Virus record (IMG/VR): IMGVR_UViG_3300030372_000087
Location: 1 to 31,170 of that record
Origin: a virus
Lineage: Duplodnaviria; Caudoviricetes
Direction: 5' to 3' (one strand)
Length of the DNA stretch: 31,170 bases
Shown: positions 9,216 through 17,556 of the stretch, one piece after another
Numbering within the stretch: position 1 is the stretch's first letter
How the letters are laid out: every line of letters starts with the position of its first letter
Program-made: the position numbers and the translations under genes
Notes under the pieces: generated by a model
What the model saw: only the letters and a program-made list of their open reading frames with translations
What the model was told of the DNA's origin: nothing
Databases searched by the model: none

Positions 9216-9509
9216 ATGTCTAGAGCAAAGAAAGATTCCCGCCTTACAAGGGCGGGAGTTTCTGGTTATAACAAACCTAAGAGAACACCTAATCATCCTA
9301 AGAAGTCTCACATAGTTGTTGCTAAAGAGGGTGACAAAGTAAAGACTATTAGATTTGGTCAACAAGGTGCAAAGACGGCAGGTAAACCAAAGAAAGGTGA
9401 ATCTAGAAAAACAACTATGAAGCGTAAATCTTTCAAAGCTAGACACAGAAAAAACATAGCAAAAGGAAAAATGTCCGCAGCTTATTGGGCGAATAGAGTC
9501 AAATGGTAA
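9216..9509 (+). CDS. Small basic phage protein (97 aa)
   Basis: GYNKPKRTPNHPKKSHIVVAKEG...IRFGQQG...SFKARH...SAAYWANRVKW, a pattern I recognise from small marine phage proteins. Confidence 0.7.
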   Translation: MSRAKKDSRLTRAGVSGYNKPKRTPNHPKKSHIVVAKEGDKVKTIRFGQQGAKTAGKPKKGESRKTTMKRKSFKARHRKNIAKGKMSAAYWANRVKW

Positions 9510-9604
9510 TGTCCAGAGCAAACTTTAAAGTTATGACTCGTAGTGCACCTGCGAGTAAAAAGAAACATGCCTCTAAGAAAAGGAAGATCAAGAAAAGTAA
9601 TTAG
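9509..9604 (+). CDS. Tiny basic ORF (31 aa, [31 protein letters not shown]), not in ORF track
   Basis: ATG overlaps the upstream TAA (TAATG coupling, as for most genes here). Confidence 0.4.
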   Translation: MSRANFKVMTRSAPASKKKHASKKRKIKKSN

Positions 9605-9722
9605 TGATAATATATCTAAGCTTATGGATGAGGGCAGACCTCAGAAGCAAGCAGTTGCTATAGCTTTACAAAAAGCAGGTAAAAGTGAAAAGAAAAAGAG
9701 ACCCAAAAGTAGGAACAGGTAA
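9567..9722 (+). CDS. Small basic phage protein (51 aa, [38 protein letters not shown]...), not in ORF track
   Basis: Translated by hand. The MPLxKGxSxxxISxNI...[12 protein letters not shown] pattern is a recurring small phage protein family. Confidence 0.75.
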   Translation: MPLRKGRSRKVISDNISKLMDEGRPQKQAVAIALQKAGKSEKKKRPKSRNR

Positions 9723-9972
9723 AAAACCTAAAGGTAGTGGAAGACGTTTATATACAGACGAAAATCCAAAAGATACTGTACCTATTAAGTTTGCGACACC
9801 TGCTGATGCTAGAGCAACAGTAGCTAAAGTAAAAAGAATTAAAAAACCTTTTGCTAGAAAAATACAGATTCTTACTGTGTTAGAACAAAGAGCAAAAGTT
9901 TCAGGTAAAAACGAACAAGCAAAAATAGCTAAAAAAGGTAAAGAAGCTATACGCAGAAAAGAGGGCAAGTAA
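9685..9972 (+). CDS. Small basic phage protein (95 aa)
   Basis: GTG start. [27 protein letters not shown] motif. Ends immediately before the next ATG. Confidence 0.65.
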   Translation: MKRKRDPKVGTGKKPKGSGRRLYTDENPKDTVPIKFATPADARATVAKVKRIKKPFARKIQILTVLEQRAKVSGKNEQAKIAKKGKEAIRRKEGK

Positions 9973-10665
9973 ATGGCTACTAGTGGAACAACAGCATTCA
10001 ATCTAGACCTTTCCGATATAATGGAAGAGGCTTATGATCTATGTGGTTTGGTCATGCGTTCTGGATATGATTATAGAAATGCTAGAAGAGCATTAGACTT
10101 AATTTTTTTAGAATGGCAAAACAAAGGTTTAAATCTTTGGACTATTGCACAAGCTACACAAACTTTGACTGCTGGCACAAGTTCTTATGCAGCAGAGACT
10201 TCAGCATTAGAAATAATAGATGCTTTTATAAGAACAGATTCAGGTGATACAACTAAACAGTTTGATCAACAGTTAACTAGGATATCTAGAACAGAATACA
10301 ATCATCAGGCTAAAAAACTAAATAGAGCTAAACCCACACAGTTTTTCGCTGATAAAGGAACAAGTGGTATTAATATAGTTTTGTGGTCAACTCCTGACGC
10401 AGCACAGACGTACACTTTAGTATATGACTATATTAAAAGAATAGAAGATACGGGAGTGCCTGCAAGTAATAATGCAGATGTGCCCGCCAGATATCTACCC
10501 TGTTTAACTTATGCTTTAGCTTTTAATATAGCTTCTAAATCGCCAGAAGCACAGTTAAGAATACCCATGATTAAAGCTAGATATGATGAATTATGGAATG
10601 AGGTATCAGACGCAGATAGAGAAAGAGCATCTGTTAAGTTTGTTCCTAACGCAAGCATTTATTGA
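9973..10665 (+). CDS. Probable head-to-tail adaptor / neck protein (230 aa)
   Basis: MATSGTTAFNLDLSDIMEEAY...ARRALDLIFLEWQNKGLNLW helical N-terminus, a central beta domain and C-terminal helices, as in podovirus adaptor (P22 gp4/T7 gp11-like) proteins. Position fits. Confidence 0.6.
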   Translation: MATSGTTAFNLDLSDIMEEAYDLCGLVMRSGYDYRNARRALDLIFLEWQNKGLNLWTIAQATQTLTAGTSSYAAETSALEIIDAFIRTDSGDTTKQFDQQLTRISRTEYNHQAKKLNRAKPTQFFADKGTSGINIVLWSTPDAAQTYTLVYDYIKRIEDTGVPASNNADVPARYLPCLTYALAFNIASKSPEAQLRIPMIKARYDELWNEVSDADRERASVKFVPNASIY

Positions 10666-10666
10666 T

Positions 10667-10981
10667 ATGGCATACGCTTTAGCAAGAAAAGCATTAGGTA
10701 TTTGTGATAGGTGTGGTTTTACTTTTAAACTATCACAACTTAAATATGAAATAGAAGATCAAAGAAGAAACGGACTTCGTGTATGTAATAATTGTTTTGA
10801 CCCTGATCAACCACAACTACAGGTAGGTAAATTAAATACTGCTGACCCTCAAGCTTTATTTGATCCTAGAACAGATAGTGGAGAGGAATCTTCTACATTA
10901 TATTTTGGGTTTAATCCTGTTAACAGTACAGGCATAGTAATGAGAGGTAGTGTTGGTAAAGTAACTATAACTATAGGTTAA
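10667..10981 (+). CDS. Small CxxC...CxxC (zinc-ribbon-like) protein, 104 aa
   Basis: ICDRCG...VCNNCFDPDQPQ. ATG at 10667 follows the upstream stop at 10665 and is more plausible than the track start at 10583. Confidence 0.65.
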   Translation: MAYALARKALGICDRCGFTFKLSQLKYEIEDQRRNGLRVCNNCFDPDQPQLQVGKLNTADPQALFDPRTDSGEESSTLYFGFNPVNSTGIVMRGSVGKVTITIG

Positions 10982-10982
10982 T

Positions 10983-11624
10983 ATGACATTTGCACAATTA
11001 AAAAGTTTAATACAGAATTATTTACAAAACTCAGAGACAACTTTTGTTTCTGATCTGCCTAGTATTATTGAACAAGCAGAGGAGAGAATATTAAAAACAA
11101 TTAATCTACCTTTGTTTAGAAAAAATGTAGCAGGAACTTTAACATCAGGCAATCAATACTTAGCAACACCTTCAGATTTTTTAGACAACTATAGTTTGTC
11201 TTTTACAAGCTCTGGGTCGCAAAACTTTTTATTATATAAAGATGTAAACTTTATAAGAGAGGCTTATCCAAATTCTTCAACTACAGGCACTCCAAAGCAC
11301 TATGCTTTATTTGATGACACTACTTTTATAATAGGACCAACTCCTGATAGTTCTTATACTGTAGAACTACATTACTTATATAGACCTGCTTCAATAACTG
11401 CTGGTGCAGAGAGTGGTACTACTTGGCTTTCAGAAAATGCTAAAAACGCATTATTATATGGTTGTTTAGTAGAGGGATATCTTTATATGAAAGGTGAGCC
11501 TGATTTGATGATGAAGTATGAAGAAAGATTTTTACAAGCTTTATCAAGACTAAAAGACTTAGGAGAGGCAGATAATACTATAGATAATTATAGAGATGAT
11601 ATGTATAGGATACAGAGAACATAA
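10983..11624 (+). CDS. Probable second adaptor/neck (tail ring) protein (213 aa)
   Basis: MTFAQLKSLIQNYL...IEQAEERI, GTPKHYA, IGPTPDSSYTVELHY and LLYGCLVEGY, an adaptor-like architecture. Confidence 0.6.
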   Translation: MTFAQLKSLIQNYLQNSETTFVSDLPSIIEQAEERILKTINLPLFRKNVAGTLTSGNQYLATPSDFLDNYSLSFTSSGSQNFLLYKDVNFIREAYPNSSTTGTPKHYALFDDTTFIIGPTPDSSYTVELHYLYRPASITAGAESGTTWLSENAKNALLYGCLVEGYLYMKGEPDLMMKYEERFLQALSRLKDLGEADNTIDNYRDDMYRIQRT

Positions 11625-11914
11625 TGTTTAGTGTAGATGTAGAGTCAACCCTAGGACAAGTTTCAGTACAGACAACTCAAAATAAAGGTTTAAGTCCTGA
11701 ATACTGGACAGAAAGAATATTAGAAAAACTAGTCTCTGTAAGTGAAGGTGCTGATCCAATGGTTAGAGCACAGGCAGAAGCTTTTAAAGAACAAATAGAG
11801 AAAGTTATTTTAATTTATATGAAACAGGCTATTTTGAGCGATAGATCAACTGTAGCAGGTATGTTAGAAAAACAAGGTCATAAAGAAATGGCAAATATTA
11901 TAAGGAGACTATAA
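11624..11914 (+). CDS. Hypothetical protein (96 aa)
   Basis: TAATG-coupled on both sides within the tail gene cluster. Confidence 0.65.
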   Translation: MFSVDVESTLGQVSVQTTQNKGLSPEYWTERILEKLVSVSEGADPMVRAQAEAFKEQIEKVILIYMKQAILSDRSTVAGMLEKQGHKEMANIIRRL

Positions 11915-12345
11915 TGGCAATATCACAAGCAATGTGCACTTCTTTCAAACAAGAACTTTTGGAAGGTGTACATAATTTTAAAAACTCAGGCGGAAGCACA
12001 TTTAATTTGGCACTATATACAAGTAGTGCTAGTTTAGGTGCTGGTACAACTGCTTATACCACTTCTAATGAAGCTAGTGGAACTAACTATACTGCTAAAG
12101 GCGGTGCTTTAACTAGAGTTGATCCTAGTACATCAGGCACAACTGCCTTCACAGATTTTTCTGATTTAACATTTAGTTCTGCAACAATTACTGCTAATGG
12201 TGCTTTGATATTTAATGACTCTGCATCAGGTGATCCAGCAGTATGTGTATTAGCTTTTGGAGGAGATAAAACTTCTACCAATGGTGATTTTACAATTCAA
12301 TTTCCAACAGCAGACGCATCAAACGCAATAATTAGAATAGCTTAA
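11914..12345 (+). CDS. Tail structural protein (143 aa; fibre-base/tail-associated)
   Basis: AGGAG RBS. MCTSFKQELLEGVHNF...FNLALYTSSA...FGGDKTSTNGDFTIQFP, a conserved phage tail-associated pattern. Confidence 0.6.
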   Translation: MAISQAMCTSFKQELLEGVHNFKNSGGSTFNLALYTSSASLGAGTTAYTTSNEASGTNYTAKGGALTRVDPSTSGTTAFTDFSDLTFSSATITANGALIFNDSASGDPAVCVLAFGGDKTSTNGDFTIQFPTADASNAIIRIA

Positions 12346-13040
12346 TGGCTAACGTCACAGGTTGGGGTCGAGGCACTTGGGGTCAAGGCGGGTGGGGAAA
12401 CCCTATACCTGTAGAAGTTACTGGTAATGCTGGTACTACTGCATTAGGTTCGGAGACAGTAGTTGCCAAAGCATTAGTTGTAGTTTCAGGTAATGTAGGT
12501 ACGACAGCAGTTGGAAACTCTGTTGTAATAGGTAAAGCAGTACAAGGAGTATCTGCTGTTACATCTACATCAGGTTTAGGAGATGAAAGTGTTGTATGTG
12601 CTGCTAATGTATCTGTAACAGGTAATGTAGGAACAACAGCATTAGGTTCTGAAACTGTAATAGCAAAAGCCTTAACAGAAGTTAGTGGTAATGCTGGAAC
12701 AACACAACAAGGTACAGTTGTAGTACAAGCAATAGCTGTAGTAGGTGTAAGTGCAGTAGCTTCAACATTAGGACTAGGTGACGAGGTTGTTATATGTGAA
12801 AACAACTTAGATGTAACAGGTTTATCTGGTACAGGAGAGTTAGGTAGTGTAACTAATATAAGTAAAGCTGTTGTATTACCTACTGGAGTTACAGGAACAG
12901 GAGAAACAACTATAGTAAATGTTTGGGGATTAGTTGATGATTCTCAAACACCTAATTATAGTAATGTTAGTACAACACAAACTCCTAGTTATTCTTCTGT
13001 TAGTACAACACAAGAACCAAACTGGGAAGAAGTCGCATAA
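12345..13040 (+). CDS. Repetitive V/G/T-rich virion structural protein (231 aa)
   Basis: N-terminal GWGRGTWGQGGWG, roughly 19-20-aa repeats (VTGNAGTTALGSETVVAKA), and C-terminal QTPxYSxVSTT repeats. Confidence 0.7.
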   Translation: MANVTGWGRGTWGQGGWGNPIPVEVTGNAGTTALGSETVVAKALVVVSGNVGTTAVGNSVVIGKAVQGVSAVTSTSGLGDESVVCAANVSVTGNVGTTALGSETVIAKALTEVSGNAGTTQQGTVVVQAIAVVGVSAVASTLGLGDEVVICENNLDVTGLSGTGELGSVTNISKAVVLPTGVTGTGETTIVNVWGLVDDSQTPNYSNVSTTQTPSYSSVSTTQEPNWEEVA

Positions 13041-13056
13041 AATATAGGAATCAAAT

Positions 13057-15273
13057 ATGGCAACTTATGTAAATGATCTTAGATTAAAAGAAATAGCAAC
13101 AGGTGACGAGTCAGGAACTTGGGGCACGAGCACAAATACAAATCTGGAATTGATTGGAGAAGCACTCAGCTTTGGAACAGAAGCTATTACTACTAATGCA
13201 GATACTCATACCACAACAGTAGCAGATGGAGCTTCTGATCCTGGTAGAGCTATGTATCTTAAATATACAGGTACACTAGACTCTGCTTGTACGATTACTA
13301 TTGCACCTAACACTATAAGTAGGATGCAATTTATTGAAAACGGCACAAGCGGTTCTCAAAACATAATTATCTCACAAGGTTCTGGTGCTAACATAACCAT
13401 ACCAGCTGGCGATACCAAAGCAGTTTACTTAGATGGTGCTGGTTCAGGAGCAGCAGTAGTAGATGCTTTTGCTAGTCTTTCTACAGTAGATTTAAAAGTA
13501 CAAGACGACCTAACAGTTACAGATGATGTGTCTATCGGTGGAGCTTTAACACTTACAGGTAATGGCGACTTTAATGGCGATTTAGACGTAGATGGCACAA
13601 CTAACCTAGACGTAGTAGATATTGATGGTGCGGTTGATATGGCTTCAACCTTACAAGTAGATGGAAGTATAACTTCTTCTGATGGAGCAACTATTACTGT
13701 TAATGACAACAGCATAGCTTTATCTTTAATATCTACAGATGCAGATGCTAACGAAGGTCCAGGGTTAGTCCTTTATAGAAACTCTAGTAGTCCAGCCGAT
13801 AGTGATGTTTTAGCGCAGATATATATACAGGGCGAAAATGATGCTGACCAAAAAGTAACTTATGCACTTATTCAAGGCAATATACAAGATGCTTCAGATG
13901 GAACAGAAGATATCAAACTAAGTCATAGGACAATGGTTGCTGGAACTGAAAGAGAAAGAATGACACTTCTTGGAACAGAAACAGTATTTAATGAAGATTC
14001 TGTTGACTTAGATTTTCGTGTTGAATCTAATGGTAACGCTAATATGTTGTTTGTTGATGGTGGTAATGACCGAGTAGGTATAGGAACTGCTCCAGCACAA
14101 CTTTTTCATGTTGTAGGGGCAGATGGCACTCTTGCTTTGTTTTCAAATGGTGTGGATGCAGATTTAAATATAAAAACAGCTTCGGCAGTTACTTTGCTTA
14201 CTCCAAGCACAGGCACACTGGCATTTGGTACAAGTAATACAGAAAGAATGCGTATTGATTCTTCTGGAAACGTAGGCATAGGAATGACTCCTAACGTAAA
14301 ACTAGAAGTAGCAGGTGAAATAAAAGTAAATAGTTCTAATGGTAATGGTTTTAATTTAAATGGTGGAAATGCAATAGTAAGACAAGATTCTGGCATGGCT
14401 TTTGAAACTAATAGCGGTGAAAGAATGCGTATTGATTCCTCTGGAAACGTAGGCATAGGAAATACGAGTCCTACACAAAAATTAGATGTAACAGGTAACG
14501 TTGCGGTTAGTGCAGATATAATACAAGCAAGCACTAATGCAGTTCATTTTATGGGTGGTTCTACTGCGTCTTTTGGTAATACTGCTGGAATCGGTATAGC
14601 TGGAGGAACTAATTTTCACGTAACTGGTTCTGCAACAGGCGATATAGTTATGGCTGCTGCAACAGGAAAACATATTATTTTTGGAACTTCTTCTTCGGGT
14701 GGTCCGTCAAGAAAATTTGAAATTGACGACGCTGGAGTATCATCGTTTGTAGCGGGTAGGACAAATTTTTCAGCAGATGGATCATCTTTTTCGCCAGGAA
14801 GTCACAACGGACACTTTATTGATATTAACGGACAATCTTCTAGTGGTCGTGCTGCTACTAATGCACAAACCCATAGAAGTTTTTTAAATCCAAATGGAAC
14901 AGTAGGAACAATCCAAACAAACGGAAGCGCAACAGTTTATAACACTTCATCAGACTACAGATTAAAAGAAAATGTGGTTACAGATTGGGATGGTACAACT
15001 TTACTTAAACAGCTAAAGCCTTCTAAATTTAATTTTAAAGCTGATGCAAGCACTACAGTACAAGGATTTCTAGCACATGAAGTATCAAGTATAGTTCCTC
15101 AAGCAGTTTCAGGTGAAAAAGATGCAGTATATACAGCAGAAGAGGCAGCAGAAAATAGTTTAGCAGTTGAAGGACAACCAAATTATCAACAAATAGACCA
15201 CAGTAAATTAGTGCCCCTTCTTGTAAAAACAATACAAGAAATGGAAGCGAGAATAACAACATTAGAAGGATAA
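13057..15273 (+). CDS. Tail fibre / receptor-binding protein with C-terminal peptidase S74 intramolecular chaperone
   Basis: N-terminal anchor (GDESGTWGTSTNTNL), repeated ERMRIDSSGNVGIG shaft modules, TSSDYRLKENV autocleavage motif, GFLAHEV, and IDHSKLVPLLVKTIQE coiled-coil end. Confidence 0.9.
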   Translation: MATYVNDLRLKEIATGDESGTWGTSTNTNLELIGEALSFGTEAITTNADTHTTTVADGASDPGRAMYLKYTGTLDSACTITIAPNTISRMQFIENGTSGSQNIIISQGSGANITIPAGDTKAVYLDGAGSGAAVVDAFASLSTVDLKVQDDLTVTDDVSIGGALTLTGNGDFNGDLDVDGTTNLDVVDIDGAVDMASTLQVDGSITSSDGATITVNDNSIALSLISTDADANEGPGLVLYRNSSSPADSDVLAQIYIQGENDADQKVTYALIQGNIQDASDGTEDIKLSHRTMVAGTERERMTLLGTETVFNEDSVDLDFRVESNGNANMLFVDGGNDRVGIGTAPAQLFHVVGADGTLALFSNGVDADLNIKTASAVTLLTPSTGTLAFGTSNTERMRIDSSGNVGIGMTPNVKLEVAGEIKVNSSNGNGFNLNGGNAIVRQDSGMAFETNSGERMRIDSSGNVGIGNTSPTQKLDVTGNVAVSADIIQASTNAVHFMGGSTASFGNTAGIGIAGGTNFHVTGSATGDIVMAAATGKHIIFGTSSSGGPSRKFEIDDAGVSSFVAGRTNFSADGSSFSPGSHNGHFIDINGQSSSGRAATNAQTHRSFLNPNGTVGTIQTNGSATVYNTSSDYRLKENVVTDWDGTTLLKQLKPSKFNFKADASTTVQGFLAHEVSSIVPQAVSGEKDAVYTAEEAAENSLAVEGQPNYQQIDHSKLVPLLVKTIQEMEARITTLEG
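14242..14460 (+). repeat. 42-bp direct repeat pair in tail fibre (14242-14283 and 14419-14460)
   Basis: GAAAGAATGCGTATTGATTC(T/C)TCTGGAAACGTAGGCATAGGA, 41/42 identical, encoding ERMRIDSSGNVGIG. Confidence 0.92.
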
Positions 15274-15277
15274 AATT

Positions 15278-15622
15278 ATGGCAATAAATTATACTTGGGA
15301 TGTTTCTGAATGTGATGTATACCCTACTAAAAGCGGTAAATCTAATGTAGTGCATAACGTACATTGGAGACTAACAGCAACTGATGACACTAACAAAGAC
15401 TCAGATGGTAACAACTGGACAGCTACAAGCTACGGAAGTCAAGGTTTAGATACTTCTGATTTATCATCTTTTACCAACTGGTCGAGTCTTGATGCTGCTA
15501 AAGTACAAGGTTGGGTAGAGGCTGCTTTAGGAGCAGATAGAGTTACAGAAATTAAGTCTCAATTAAGTGCACAAATAACAGAAAAAGTTACACCAACATC
15601 AGTCAAGAAAACATTAGGATAA
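15278..15622 (+). CDS. Tail fibre-associated small protein (114 aa)
   Basis: Directly after the fibre gene. YTWDV...NVVHNVHWRLTATD...VQGWVEAALG pattern is common downstream of marine phage fibres. Confidence 0.6.
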   Translation: MAINYTWDVSECDVYPTKSGKSNVVHNVHWRLTATDDTNKDSDGNNWTATSYGSQGLDTSDLSSFTNWSSLDAAKVQGWVEAALGADRVTEIKSQLSAQITEKVTPTSVKKTLG

Positions 15623-15626
15623 AAAT

Positions 15627-15821
15627 ATGGAACAACAATACTTCGTAAACGTGTTACAAATATTAGACGTAGCAACAGAGAGAGGTGCTTGGAAAGGTGC
15701 TGAAATAGAAGCCATAGCTGCGGTTAGAAAACAAACTATGGAACAGATTAAGAATTTGGCAGAAGATTCTCAAGAAGAAGCCCAAGTAGAATCAATTACT
15801 AAGAAGATAGGAGAAAAGTAA
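15627..15821 (+). CDS. Hypothetical protein (64 aa)
   Basis: QILDVATERGAWKGAEI motif. Tightly packed in the operon. Confidence 0.6.
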   Translation: MEQQYFVNVLQILDVATERGAWKGAEIEAIAAVRKQTMEQIKNLAEDSQEEAQVESITKKIGEK

Positions 15822-15985
15822 TGGGACTATGGAGCAGAATAGTAGATAAAGTAACGGGAACAAAAAAAGTTAAAGTCAGAGCCAGAGATGAAGAAGGTCA
15901 GTTTGTAGCAGACGATAAATCTACACCTAATGTTAACGAAGCTTACACTACAAAAAGAGTAAAGAAAAAGAAAAAAGGTAAGTAA
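15821..15985 (+). CDS. Small basic protein (54 aa) with second RARD...ADD.STP.VNEAY motif, not in ORF track
   Basis: MGLWSRIVDKVTGTKKVKVRARDEEGQFVADDKSTPNVNEAYTTKRVKKKKKGK. AGGAG RBS, TAATG-coupled at both ends, and it fills the gap exactly. Confidence 0.8.
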   Translation: MGLWSRIVDKVTGTKKVKVRARDEEGQFVADDKSTPNVNEAYTTKRVKKKKKGK

Positions 15986-16335
15986 TGGATCAAGCAGTCA
16001 CCTTTATTAACGAGGTAGGCTTTCCAATCGCAGCAGCACTAGGGTTAGGTTTCTTTATATGGAAACTTATAAATAGAATTATAGATGGCATGGAAACTAA
16101 AGTAGATGTGCTAGATGATAAAGTTGCTGATCAAATAGAACAGATGGAACAAAGGCTTGGTACAAAATTAGATTCACAACACGGTATATTAGTAGCTCTT
16201 ATAGACAGAGTTAGATCTTTAGATAATGAAATCATACGTCAAGATACTCTTATCAAAACTATCTTAGGTGTACCACAGTTAATAGATAGTAATAAAATAG
16301 CCAAAGCTGATCGTGACGATCAGAGGAAAGATTGA
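15985..16335 (+). CDS. Single-TM membrane protein with coiled coil (holin-like or curli-module accessory)
   Basis: N-terminal hydrophobic VGFPIAAALGLGFFIW followed by a heptad-rich region. Coupled to csgF by TGATG. Confidence 0.55.
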   Translation: MDQAVTFINEVGFPIAAALGLGFFIWKLINRIIDGMETKVDVLDDKVADQIEQMEQRLGTKLDSQHGILVALIDRVRSLDNEIIRQDTLIKTILGVPQLIDSNKIAKADRDDQRKD

Positions 16336-16811
16336 TGGATCCTAAAACACCTAATGAACTTCTGCTTATTTCTTCTATGCTCATAGTGACTGCATTAGTT
16401 TTGTTCACAAACCACATACAATCAGACGAGATGGTGCATGAATTTAAAAATCCGTCTTTTAGCGGTATAGGTACGTCTAGTCACTACTTAACTATAGAAA
16501 ATCAAGAGACTAATCGTAAAAAGGCTTTGAAAGAAGAAATAGAAGCATTACAAGACCAAATAGAAAGAGAAGAAAATAATACTGTAGAAGCTCGTTTTAT
16601 GCGCAATCTTACTTCTAGAATCTATGCAAACATAGCTAGACAAGTAGAGTCAGCTTTGTTCGGTGAAGACCAACAAAAGAGCGGTTCTATGGAACTGGAC
16701 GGTAACACCATAGAATATGAAATAACAGACGAGGAGGTTAAAGTTACTATCACTGATGAAGAAGGCAACATTACAGAAGTTATCGTGCCTATCGGTGGTT
16801 TTACTTTCTAG
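16335..16811 (+). CDS. csgF: Curli assembly component CsgF-like protein
   Basis: Hydrophobic signal segment, then DEMVHEFKNPSFSG, matching the CsgG-binding N-terminus of mature E. coli CsgF (GTMTFQFRNPNFGG). C-terminal beta strands VKVTITDEEGNITEVIVP. Adjacent to csgG. Confidence 0.8.
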   Translation: MDPKTPNELLLISSMLIVTALVLFTNHIQSDEMVHEFKNPSFSGIGTSSHYLTIENQETNRKKALKEEIEALQDQIEREENNTVEARFMRNLTSRIYANIARQVESALFGEDQQKSGSMELDGNTIEYEITDEEVKVTITDEEGNITEVIVPIGGFTF

Positions 16812-17556
16812 TTGTGCTCTCATGATTGATCCACTAGAAAACAATATACCACCAATAAAGTACATTCAACCAGCTTCGGTAGAAAAACTATACACAGATT
16901 TAGCTAATGTAGAAGAACCAGCAAGGAAACCTGTCATATCAGTTTATGCTAATGATTTTAAAGATCAAACTGGACAACGTAGATCTAATGCTAAATATGC
17001 AACTTTTGCTACAGCGATAACGCAAGCACCTCATGCATATTTAATTAGAGCATTAAAACACTCAAACTTTTTTGAAGTTGTAGAAAGAGTATCATTAGAG
17101 TCAGTAACAAAAGAACGACAACTAATAAGGTCAACGAGAGAAACATTTGATGAAGATCAAAAGCTTTTACCCCTTAAATTTGGTGACATGATTATGACAG
17201 GGGGTGTTTTATCTTATCAAGCTAACATTGGCTCAGGTGGAGCAGGGGCTAGAAACTTGGGTATAGGTTTTTCCAAACAATACAGAGAGGATATAATTAC
17301 AATAAGTTTAAGAACTGTTTCTGTAAGTACAGGAAGAGTTTTAACAGAAGTGTTAGTAACTAAAACTGTTTTATCAGCTTCTTTAGATAGTGATGTTTTT
17401 AGGTTTGTAAGTCAAGGAACAGAGCTCATAGAAGTGGAGGGCGGAAACGTAAGAAACGAACCGATGAGCGTAGCTCTACAGATAGCTATAGAAACAGCAG
17501 TTTTAGAAACTATACGGGAAGGTGTAGATAAAGAATATTGGAGGTTAAAACAATGA
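16756..17556 (+). CDS. csgG: Curli secretion channel CsgG (outer-membrane lipoprotein)
   Basis: Lipobox LSSC. FKDQTGQ, FATAITQ, LIRALKHSNFFEVVER...KERQLIR and SGGAGARNLGIG...QYREDIITISLRTVSVSTGRVL...KTVLS closely parallel E. coli CsgG (QDETGQ, FSTAVPQ, SGGVGARYFGIG, LRVVNVSTGEIL, KTILS). Confidence 0.93.
   Translation: MKKATLQKLSCLSVVLLSSCALMIDPLENNIPPIKYIQPASVEKLYTDLANVEEPARKPVISVYANDFKDQTGQRRSNAKYATFATAITQAPHAYLIRALKHSNFFEVVERVSLESVTKERQLIRSTRETFDEDQKLLPLKFGDMIMTGGVLSYQANIGSGGAGARNLGIGFSKQYREDIITISLRTVSVSTGRVLTEVLVTKTVLSASLDSDVFRFVSQGTELIEVEGGNVRNEPMSVALQIAIETAVLETIREGVDKEYWRLKQ

Noticed and set aside
8837-9521. Minus-strand ORFs 8837-9094 and 8970-9521
   Set aside because: They are antisense shadows of Lys-rich, repetitive plus-strand genes. 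The F/L-rich translation simply mirrors AAA codons.
10583-10666. ORF-track N-terminal extension of the CxxC protein (similarly 17538-17552 for the curlin-like gene)
   Set aside because: The extensions overlap upstream genes unnecessarily. Downstream ATGs (10667, 17553) fit translational coupling better, and 17553 also has a GGAGG RBS.
14242-14460. Possible diversity-generating retroelement TR/VR pair or invertible segment
   Set aside because: The repeats are short, direct and mid-gene, with a single T/C mismatch rather than adenine-specific changes. No reverse transcriptase or invertase is in the window.
12383-14534. Minus-strand ORFs 12383-12805, 13425-13715 and 14106-14534
   Set aside because: They lie wholly opposite well-supported tail genes and are explained by codon bias. 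No independent motifs.
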